Source: Alphaproteobacteria bacterium (GTDB taxonomy: Bacteria > Pseudomonadota > Alphaproteobacteria > Bin95). Taken from it: 64,000 nt of DNA. The notes below the pieces were generated by a model. The model was not told the DNA's origin. It saw nothing but the letters and a program-made list of their open reading frames with translations, and did no database searches. The position numbers and the translations under genes are program-made. Where the stretch lies: assembly GCA_963665325.3 (NCBI GenBank), contig OZ224045.1:1248001-1312000 (forward strand), read 5' to 3'. Below, piece by piece: positions 56,324 to 64,000 of the stretch. The stretch's first letter is position 1. The number at the start of each line of letters is the position of its first letter.

Positions 56324-59059
56324 TTATATCTTTCTGCTCAGCATCAAATCCTTCAAAACAGGATCGCCTACTGAGCCTTCGCGCATGGCCGACAACTGTC
56401 CGTGTATCGCGTCAAACTTCCCGTCGGCCTCCAACCGGAATTCCTCATCTTCCTGCACCGCCTTGAAGCCGAACGCGTCCTCCTTGCGCCGATAGATGTC
56501 GAACAGGTGGACCTCCGGGCCTTTCATGCCAGGCAAGGGCTTCAGGCCACTGATGATCAGCGGGCTAAGGTTCAGGGCCAGTCCCCGTTCCGGCGAAATC
56601 AGGAACACAAGGCCGGACGGAACACCCTGTTCGCCTTTGTAATCGAACAGATTTCCGAAGGGAGCGTGTGGACCCTGGATGCTGCGGAATATCCCTTCGA
56701 AGCTTCCGAAGGAGAACTGTGCTTGCCGCACGTCCTCAAAGTACCCCATGTGGTTTTCTGCGAAGGACTTCGCCAGGACATTGCCGACCAGCCCGATGAT
56801 GCGGGGATAGTCTAGACCGCGGGCGACCTTTCCGTGCTTTGCCTGCGCGACTCCGTTGACGGCTGCGTTCAATTTCGACGCAAAATCGCCCGTCGTCAAC
56901 GCCACGGCATACTCGGCGAAGACGGCTCTGTCGCCCAGCGCCTTCGAACATTTGTTCAAGAGGTCCCACAACGGACCCGCCGACCGGTGTTCGTATCCCT
57001 TGAACATCAAGGACGACGATGTACCCGCTTCCGCGAGACACTCCACGTAACAGACGTAGGCAGCCACGGAAAGCATGCATTCGAGGGTTTCCCGGCCCCA
57101 TTTCTGGAGGCCGTCCTTGCTTGTCTCTGCGATGAAGCAGGCAAGTGGATACGCCATCGGATACGGGAGCACTTGCACGAGGTCACCTAAATCCCGCCAG
57201 GTACTGTCCTTCGACCTATGCTGGAATTCGTCGACATCGGCGTTCTTCACATATGAGAACGCCGATGTGCTGGTTCCAAAATCGAATCCCAAATAGGTGT
57301 CGCCAGCCACTTCCGCCGCCGCAAACGTCATGTCCATGTAAAACGGATTTCCATCGACGATGACTTGCCGCCCACGATTGCCGCCACGCCCGTAGATGAA
57401 CTTGGGCAACGCGGTGCCGTCGCCGCGAACGGTAAGCTCGATCTCGATCGTGCCGCCGAACTTCGTTCCGCCCGGCGTTTCGACCCTCTTGTCCACGAGA
57501 TTATGGAGGTTGTCAAAGTCCTCTGGCTCGAACGACGCTCTCAAGAAATAGTAATCCAGATAGAGCGACGGCGTCGTGGACAGCTTGGTCTTCCACCTGA
57601 GCGGTTTGTCTATTCTTCCTCTCAAGCTGCTGGCCGAAGGTAACAAGACTCCGTTCTCGTAGGTTTCTCTGGGAAGATGATCCGACGACGGCCGATAGCG
57701 CCGGGTTTCAGGCCCGTTTCCGTTGGGATCGAGCGACAGGCACAGTCTGTTATAGGTCACCGCCCGGAAATCACCTTCCCCCTTGGTATAGTATCTACGG
57801 GCGCATTCGACCGCCAAACCCTTTGCGACAATCTCCTGAAAGTCTTCCGACAGCTCCAAAACCTGCGCATCTGCCAGATCGCTTCTGAGATCTCGCTCGA
57901 TCAGTTGAGTCAACCAGCGCATGTTCGACGAACCGCCGGACAGCAGAACCACGGAAAGCGACTTTCCCCCGAGCGCTTGTGCGGCCCGGGTCAAGCCGCT
58001 CCTTATGGCCGGCAGCAACTTCTGTCTCCACACCCGATCTTCGAAGATCCGGCGTATCCGGGCCGCATCAAGCCGAATTTCTATACCATCCGGGTTTGCA
58101 GAGAACGGTCGGCGTGGCACCCGTACGCGAATCGCCGCGGCGTTGCTCAGATCAGCGTCGACTCGCCAGTCTGGAATGTTCGAACAAATCGAAATCTTGG
58201 CATCCTCAACGTCCCGCAGCAGCGTCCGATAGGTACCGAAGAAGCATAGAGTATCGTCGCGAAATTCCGACAGATCCGCTGCGTCGTAGTTCTTGACTTG
58301 GTCGAACCTGTCTATGGCTTTTCGAACAGCCGTCTTGCTCTCCTTCTTTTCGATCGCCTCGAACAAGAGATCGGCGGCGATGAGTTTATTCACATAAAAT
58401 CCACCGACAGGGATCGAACTCGCGGACAGAGGGCGGGAATGACGACCGCCCTGGCTGATGTCGCCCTCCGCCGTAGTTTCAATTACCGATACGTCAAACG
58501 TTCCTCCCCCGAAATCCATTACAAGCGCAATGTGCTTTTGCTTCTGTGCGATAAGCGCATGCTTTAGCCCGTATCTGTAATACTGGAAAACCGCAAACGG
58601 CTCCGGCATAAAATCGACTTCCTCGAACTTCCCGTGCAGGATTCTGCGTAAAGCCGCTCGATAATTCGCCAGCCATGAGTCAGTTGCTGCCTCTCCTCCA
58701 CCCAAGGAGAGAGGCTCCGCGATCAGGATACGTTTCGGATAGGGTTCTCCGCGTAGCTCCAATTCATCCGCCAGCTTCGCGAGAACACCGTCACAAAAAT
58801 CTTTGGCTGTACCGATGGGCGATCGTAATGCGGTGCCGTTGAGGCCGATAGCTCTTGCGGCCAACGCGGCCGGACCCTTCATTCCCAACTCGATCTTGAA
58901 GTCGTCCCGCAAGTGCTCCGTGAGAGCGGGCTGATCCAAAGCCTCGTGGCCAATGACAGGCTTACCGTCATTGTAGTAGACAGCGGTGGGAATGGTTCGG
59001 GCCCCGTCAATAGGGGTCAACTGCACCGCAGTAATAAAGAGCTCCTTTTTGCTGCTCAC
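56324..59059 (-). CDS. Atypical Hsp70/actin-fold ATPase fusion protein (about 911 aa), lower GC
   Basis: IPTAVYY, FMPEPFAVFQYY, VMDFGGGTFDVSVI, VEDAKISI, VLLSGGSS, VAKGLA; GFDFGTSTS found internally; GTG 59059 after GAGAGGG. Confidence 0.85.
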   Translation of the reverse strand: MSSKKELFITAVQLTPIDGARTIPTAVYYNDGKPVIGHEALDQPALTEHLRDDFKIELGMKGPAALAARAIGLNGTALRSPIGTAKDFCDGVLAKLADELELRGEPYPKRILIAEPLSLGGGEAATDSWLANYRAALRRILHGKFEEVDFMPEPFAVFQYYRYGLKHALIAQKQKHIALVMDFGGGTFDVSVIETTAEGDISQGGRHSRPLSASSIPVGGFYVNKLIAADLLFEAIEKKESKTAVRKAIDRFDQVKNYDAADLSEFRDDTLCFFGTYRTLLRDVEDAKISICSNIPDWRVDADLSNAAAIRVRVPRRPFSANPDGIEIRLDAARIRRIFEDRVWRQKLLPAIRSGLTRAAQALGGKSLSVVLLSGGSSNMRWLTQLIERDLRSDLADAQVLELSEDFQEIVAKGLAVECARRYYTKGEGDFRAVTYNRLCLSLDPNGNGPETRRYRPSSDHLPRETYENGVLLPSASSLRGRIDKPLRWKTKLSTTPSLYLDYYFLRASFEPEDFDNLHNLVDKRVETPGGTKFGGTIEIELTVRGDGTALPKFIYGRGGNRGRQVIVDGNPFYMDMTFAAAEVAGDTYLGFDFGTSTSAFSYVKNADVDEFQHRSKDSTWRDLGDLVQVLPYPMAYPLACFIAETSKDGLQKWGRETLECMLSVAAYVCYVECLAEAGTSSSLMFKGYEHRSAGPLWDLLNKCSKALGDRAVFAEYAVALTTGDFASKLNAAVNGVAQAKHGKVARGLDYPRIIGLVGNVLAKSFAENHMGYFEDVRQAQFSFGSFEGIFRSIQGPHAPFGNLFDYKGEQGVPSGLVFLISPERGLALNLSPLIISGLKPLPGMKGPEVHLFDIYRRKEDAFGFKAVQEDEEFRLEADGKFDAIHGQLSAMREGSVGDPVLKDLMLSRKI

Positions 59060-59768
59060 TTTGTCATCCCTCTCCCATTCGATTCGCAAAGCTCGAGCGG
59101 TCCATTGAAACGCCGGCAGCCCAGATACTATGCAACACAGCCATTCAGTGTTTTTTGCACAATCCACTCTGTTTCGGAACCCATCCGATCTAATTTGTTG
59201 ATTTCATTGGATGCAAGTCCAACATGGCGAGTGTAACCGGTTGATTTGTCGAGATCTTGGGCTTGTTTTCCGCCCATGCAGGGGATTCTGTGACAATCGG
59301 GGTTTTGGGAAGCAGATCTTGTCACGTTGGCCCGATGCCCGTGCCAGTTGCGGGACCGCTGCGCACCGCCTGAGGCGGTAGGATGCCGTCGGGTAAACCA
59401 ACACTGTGGAGCGGTTCCATGCCAGTGCCGCAGTCTTCCTCGTGCTCGTCCATTCATGGTTCGGGCTTGCCCGGTCTGTTTGCGGAGGCGCTGTCGGGGC
59501 TAGCCGCGGTTTATCACGAGCCGCTTGCTGCGGCACCAAGCGCGACGGTATTCGAGGAGGCCGAGCGGTGTGTTCGGGGGAGCGTGAACGCGCTGAGTTG
59601 CGAGGTTCTAGTGGCTTGGATCAAGGGCCTTGACGGCGGGGCGCTGCGGGTCGGTCGGACCGGGCAGCGACGGTTCCGTGTGGCGGTGACGCCTGAGCAC
59701 GTTCCTCCCGGTGACCTACAGGCGGGCGCACTATCACAAGGCGTGAGCCGGCGCTTGCTCGTGTCCGT

Positions 59769-60315
59769 GGAATGGCTGCCGACGGTCTGGGGCGGCGAGA
59801 ACGGGTTTGCGGAAATCGACGAGGCGGACGAGATCGCGGCTGCGGTGCTCAATCACTACAACCGGGTCGCACGGGAACTGGCCGAGGAGCCGGAGGCCTA
59901 CGCGCCGGTCATGGAGGTCGACCGGGCCGACGGCGAGCTGCTGTGGGGGCCGTGGATCAACGGCTTCGAACGCGCGATGCGGCTGCGCGCCGATGCCTGG
60001 GACGCCGTCGCGTTCGGCGATGACGAGGAGGCCGCGGCGTCGGTCGGCACGATCCTGGCTATGAACGCCTTCGACCAAGGCGAATCGGAACTGACCGAGG
60101 AAGAGGAGGACGAGATCGACCGGACGGAGCCGGACCTGATCCATTCGATGGTGCGCCACCTGACGGCGCGGAAGTCGGCGCGGCCGCTGCACCGGATCGG
60201 TCCTGGGGATATCGCGTTCGACGAACCGCCGGCCCATGGACGCCACGCGGTGAGCGATGAGCCCTACCTCTGCGGGTCCGGACGCACATACGGGCGATGC
60301 TGCGGTGCACACTGA
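59769..60315 (+). pseudogene. UPF0149/YecA-family protein with degenerate SEC-C motif, N-terminus lost or degraded
   Basis: EWLPTVWGG, VLNHYN, WINGFERAM; end DEPYLCGSGRTYGRCCG (versus NDPCPCGSGKKYKKCCG). Confidence 0.7.
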
Positions 60316-60384
60316 GACGGCCGGAAGGTCTGGAAGCACGCCGGCGAAGGACGATTCGAAACGGGCGGCGACCCGTCGAGCTGC

Positions 60385-61677
60385 TTGTCCCTAGACGACG
60401 CCATATACGAGGTGTTCGGGCCGCTGCCGCAGGGCGCGCCGGGCAACGACGCCTCGACGCTGCGTGCGCTCGATGCCGTGCCGAACCGCAATGCCGTCCG
60501 ACGGGTGCTCGACCTGGGTGCAGGGCACGGCCGCACGACCCTCGCCCTGGCGCAGGCGTTGCCGGATACCCGGATTACGGCCGTCGAGATCCATGCGCCC
60601 TTCTCCGAACGGATCGCCGAACGCGCCCGCGAGACGCGCGTTGCGGACCGGGTCCATGCGGAATGCGGGGACATGGCGAAGATCGATGTTGCCCCAGAGA
60701 GCATCGACCTGATCTGGGCGGAAGGATCGATCTATGTCGTGGGCATGGAGCGGGCGTTCGCCATGTGGCGCCCCTGGCTTCGTGCGGGCGGCTGCGTCGC
60801 ATTCAGCGACTTCGTTTGGTGGACCGGCGATCCATCGGAAGAGGCCCGTGCGTTCTGGGCGGTGGAATATCCGGACATGGCGACGGAAGACGCAATCCGG
60901 TCTCGCGCGGAGGCCGCCGGGTATCGGGTCGTCAGCAGCTTCCGCATGTCGAGGGAAGCGCATGATGCCTATTACGTCCCGCTGGAGGCGCGCGTCGCCG
61001 AACTTGCCGGATGCGCCGATACCGGGGTCCGCAGAGTGCTTGAAGGCATTCGAAAGGAAATCGACGTCGTCCGGCGCTTTCCCGACGAGGCGGGCTACAC
61101 ATTCTTCACACTCCAGCGCGGTGACGGCCGCGCCGGGGCTGCCGGCGGCAACGGCTGGACGAGCGGATCGGATGCGGCGAGACAAGCGGCAGGCCGGCGA
61201 CGCGGGCCGATCTGGCCCGGGCAGACGACGAGACGGTCGGGCTGTCGCGTGTATCGGGTCAGTCGGCCCTGCCGCATGCTTGGCCGGCGCGTGGCGGCAG
61301 GTTATATGTTGCTGAAATGTTCCCTATTTCGTGAGAAGCCTCCATGCACAAGGAAGACAGCCTGCCGGCGCCGCACGATGAAGTGCTCTTCGATATCGAG
61401 ATGGCGCTCAGCAAGGAAGAGAAACTGTGGCCGAAGCGCTACAGGCCCGGCGACCACAACCGCCTCAGACCCATGGCGCGCGCGATCCTCGAGCATCTCG
61501 AACTCTGCGGCCTGCGGTTCTTCCGCAAACCGCCCGCGCCGAGACACAGCACGCCGGATCCTTGGGGCGGCGCCGGAACAGGGAAGGAAAGTGGCTGAAG
61601 GGGGGTGTTCGCCGGTCACGACGAAAGCGCCGCCGCATGGGCACGCATCGCTTCGCTCATCGAGACCGCGAAGCTGA
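60385..61677 (+). CDS. Class I SAM-dependent methyltransferase (domain ends near 61125; tail likely read-through)
   Basis: VLDLGAGHG, DLIWAEGSIY, LRAGG, GYTFF. Confidence 0.8.
   Translation: MSLDDAIYEVFGPLPQGAPGNDASTLRALDAVPNRNAVRRVLDLGAGHGRTTLALAQALPDTRITAVEIHAPFSERIAERARETRVADRVHAECGDMAKIDVAPESIDLIWAEGSIYVVGMERAFAMWRPWLRAGGCVAFSDFVWWTGDPSEEARAFWAVEYPDMATEDAIRSRAEAAGYRVVSSFRMSREAHDAYYVPLEARVAELAGCADTGVRRVLEGIRKEIDVVRRFPDEAGYTFFTLQRGDGRAGAAGGNGWTSGSDAARQAAGRRRGPIWPGQTTRRSGCRVYRVSRPCRMLGRRVAAGYMLLKCSLFREKPPCTRKTACRRRTMKCSSISRWRSARKRNCGRSATGPATTTASDPWRARSSSISNSAACGSSANRPRRDTARRILGAAPEQGRKVAEGGCSPVTTKAPPHGHASLRSSRPRS
61308..61322 (+). promoter_or_regulatory. Near-consensus alphaproteobacterial LexA box
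   Basis: GTTG-N7-GTTC (consensus GTTC-N7-GTTC) 21 bp upstream of ATG 61344. Confidence 0.35.
61344..61598 (+). CDS. Small hypothetical protein
   Basis: ARAILEHLELCGLRFFRKPP resembles small proteins of alphaproteobacterial mobile DNA. Confidence 0.6.
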   Translation: MHKEDSLPAPHDEVLFDIEMALSKEEKLWPKRYRPGDHNRLRPMARAILEHLELCGLRFFRKPPAPRHSTPDPWGGAGTGKESG

Positions 61678-61821
61678 ACCGCGTCGAACCCTATGCCTGG
61701 CTCAGGGACACAATCGAAGCCATCGCAGCAGGCCATCCCTACAGCCGCATCGACGAATTTCTACCCTGAAACTTCCCGAGCTCGTCAAGCTGAAAGCCAA
61801 GTGCCCCGTTCGCACCCATTT
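61605..61821 (+). pseudogene. IS66 TnpC C-terminal remnant
   Basis: FAGHDESAAAWARIASLIETAKLNRVEPYAWLRD...HPYSRIDEFLP*. Confidence 0.85.
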
Positions 61822-61889
61822 ATCTCGTCTTCTGCCATGCCGACACGACGCTCCTAGAACTAGCGGGCTCCGCCGGTCTGCGATAGACA

Positions 61890-61995
61890 ATCGAAGAATG
61901 CTTGCTGAGGGAAAATGACGATCTCAGCCTCGACGACTGCGAAACCCGCTCCTGGCGCGGCTGGCATCGCCATATCAGCCTCGTCTTGGCTGTAG
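61890..61995 (+). pseudogene. IS701-family transposase remnant
   Basis: IEEC.....DLSLDDCETRSWRGWHRHISL. Confidence 0.7.
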
Positions 61996-62011
61996 ACCCG
62001 CGCCGGCGACT

Positions 62012-63199
62012 TCAATCTCCGAACCATCCTCGCGCCACGCCTTCGGGACATTTCGGATCGTGTTCCCGGAACCAAGCAATGGACCAAGCCTCACGCTCTC
62101 TTAGGATTCGGCAGTAGAAATCCATATTTCCCCGGTGGGTGTAGTAGTACCAGTGATCCCAGATTTCCCCCGGATTGTCGCCCGATATCTTAACACCGAA
62201 TTGCCCGAGCCAAGTACGCAAGCACCCTCCGTCTATCTGCAAATCTATCCATCGATCGGCACCTTTGCGGGCCTCGAGGCCGTTATGACCGACAACCTGT
62301 GTGTTGGAGAAGAAGCCCTTGGGACCGAAATTTTCGGCCAGCTTGTCAAGAATGTCGTTTTCGCGACTGACAATATTATAGAACTGCGGCCCTTGACTGC
62401 CGCTCCATCGTCGGCGTTTTGCCACCTCGGCGATACGGCTGTACATGATTTGCGCTTCCCCCGTGTACTCCGACCCGCCGAGGAGGATCACTCGGCCCAT
62501 GCTCTCGAGCAAACGAAAATTATGCTTTGCGGCGATCGCGAGCGCCCGGACGACCACTACCGACCCCAGGCTGTGACAGAAGATGTCGATTGGCCGACCT
62601 TCGGAGGAAAGCATGTCGGACAATGCCCGCAAGACTCGGAGCAGCGACCACGACGCGGAGCGTCCTAGGTCGTAGGCGCGAGCGTAGAAGTTCTGGCCAT
62701 GCGAAATCAGCGACGTCGCAGGGCCCGGCTGACTGTACCATCCGAACGCGACAGCCAACCCATGCTCGCCGTCATCAGCTTCCTGGAACCCAAGACGGAG
62801 AGGCCAGCCGGTCGTATGGTGGCGGATTTCTTCCCCCGCATCGCCTGCCGAGAAGTGAAAGATCCTTCCGTGGGGATTGTCGGTTTCCTTTGGATCGCGG
62901 GTGACTGCGACCCTGGGGTCGAACAGAAATCCGTTGACCATCACCGCCACCGGGGCGTGGGGCGGAAGCTTCGGCACTGCTCTCGCCAGCGCGCTCACGA
63001 GGTACTTGTCGAGCGGGGATTCTTTCCTGAGCGCTGCGGCGCGCAACCGGCCCGAACCCTCAACAAAGGTGCTCGACTCCAAGAAGCCGTGCTCACGGCC
63101 TGCGGAGGAGTCGAAATCTACATCTTCCAGGGTGCCCAACGGGGTCGGGGCGAAGAGGCGATCCTTGACGAGCGACAGGCGGACGATCGACATGTCCAT
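62012..63199 (-). CDS. Alpha/beta hydrolase (DUF900-like)
   Basis: VMVNGF, nucleophile elbow FCHSLG, ENDIL, DHWYYY. Confidence 0.8.
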   Translation of the reverse strand: MDMSIVRLSLVKDRLFAPTPLGTLEDVDFDSSAGREHGFLESSTFVEGSGRLRAAALRKESPLDKYLVSALARAVPKLPPHAPVAVMVNGFLFDPRVAVTRDPKETDNPHGRIFHFSAGDAGEEIRHHTTGWPLRLGFQEADDGEHGLAVAFGWYSQPGPATSLISHGQNFYARAYDLGRSASWSLLRVLRALSDMLSSEGRPIDIFCHSLGSVVVVRALAIAAKHNFRLLESMGRVILLGGSEYTGEAQIMYSRIAEVAKRRRWSGSQGPQFYNIVSRENDILDKLAENFGPKGFFSNTQVVGHNGLEARKGADRWIDLQIDGGCLRTWLGQFGVKISGDNPGEIWDHWYYYTHRGNMDFYCRILREREAWSIAWFREHDPKCPEGVARGWFGD

Positions 63200-64000
63200 T
63201 CTTCCGTCAACGTGGCACCGCTGGATAGGAAGTCACCGACGGGCGCATTCTCCCCAATTCGACATCGAACGCAAATCTGACGCTCCGATCGCCGCGCGAC
63301 GGGATCCTGCGAACGGAGCAGAATCCGCGCGGCCCGAATGTTGAAAATCCTATAACATCTAAATGAACCGATTGACACCTCGTTCGCCTTCCCTCAGCAT
63401 CCCGGCCTGAACGTTACTTCCCACCTTACTCCAGACCACTACTGATGGCACTGCGTACACCAGCACCTCGTCCCCAAACCTGAGTAATCCCAGCCTTCCG
63501 CCATGCGTCACCGCTTAGCAAGCTATGGACTTTCAGCCTTGTTCTTCGTTGGACCAATTAACACCACCCTCAGTTACCTACTATCGCAACTTACGCGATA
63601 ATCAACGAGGCGCAAATGCAAATTATTTCTTGGAATATTTTGAATAGAAACAAGGACATTAGCACGTTATACAGCTTTCTCAATGAGACTGACGCGGACG
63701 TCTATGTGTTTCAAGAACTCGCAGAACATCATATAGCCGCAATCGAAACACTTCCAGGATATACGCTTCACAAAGCCCTCGACTTCATCGAAGGTGAAGA
63801 GACCGCATATCTCGGTATTTTGACGCGACTTCCTTCCTGCAATCCAAAAATAATCGTTCACAACCCCGACCTCCACATAAGCCCCTCCTGGATCGGTCGG
63901 CGAAACGCTTGGCGAGAGTGCATAGAATCCTTATCAATTACTGTTAGAGATGGCGATCAAAGCGTACGAATCATTAACGCTCATCTTGTCTGTGCCGCCT

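Noticed and set aside
63667-64000. AT-rich minus-strand ORF at the window end
   Set aside because: Interrupted by in-frame TGA-TAA and unrecognisable; needs flanking sequence

Overview
GC-rich, probably alphaproteobacterial window (split pntA/pntB, TIGR01459-type HAD, xth, pyrD). A short housekeeping/metabolic block (about 23.9-35.5 kb) lies between two accessory regions. The left region (about 3.0-23.4 kb) looks like a decaying integrative mobilizable element: two tandem tyrosine integrases (one broken by a 135-bp IS66-type MITE), a truncated multi-cold-shock-domain gene, an intact IS1634 inside a degenerate carB fragment, a 1739-aa MOBF relaxase-helicase, a NACHT/STAND ATPase with a C-terminal PD-(D/E)xK nuclease, a DUF4268 nuclease-like gene pair and three tandem RHH/MobC-like genes. 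No T4SS or coupling protein is visible in the window. The right region (36.1-64 kb) is an IS graveyard: two copies of one IS21, an AbiE toxin-antitoxin pair, a second IS21, remnants of IS4, IS256, IS66, IS701 and parB, an MFS transporter and lower-GC cargo. Top candidate for novel biology: a 4384-bp TG...CA element (42625-47008) inserted into istA with a TCGA duplication. It encodes a Zn-finger/HTH protein, a DDE transposase, an ExeA-like ATPase and a RepA/AAA_25-type helicase with a winged-helix tail, followed by convergent iteron-like repeats and a primosome-assembly-site-like hairpin, suggesting a replication-equipped transposon. Second candidate: an Hsp70/actin-fold ATPase whose phosphate-1 loop sits about 590 residues downstream of its normal position (apparent circular permutation). 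No rRNA, full tRNA or CRISPR array was seen. All family assignments come from motif recognition by eye, not database searches.
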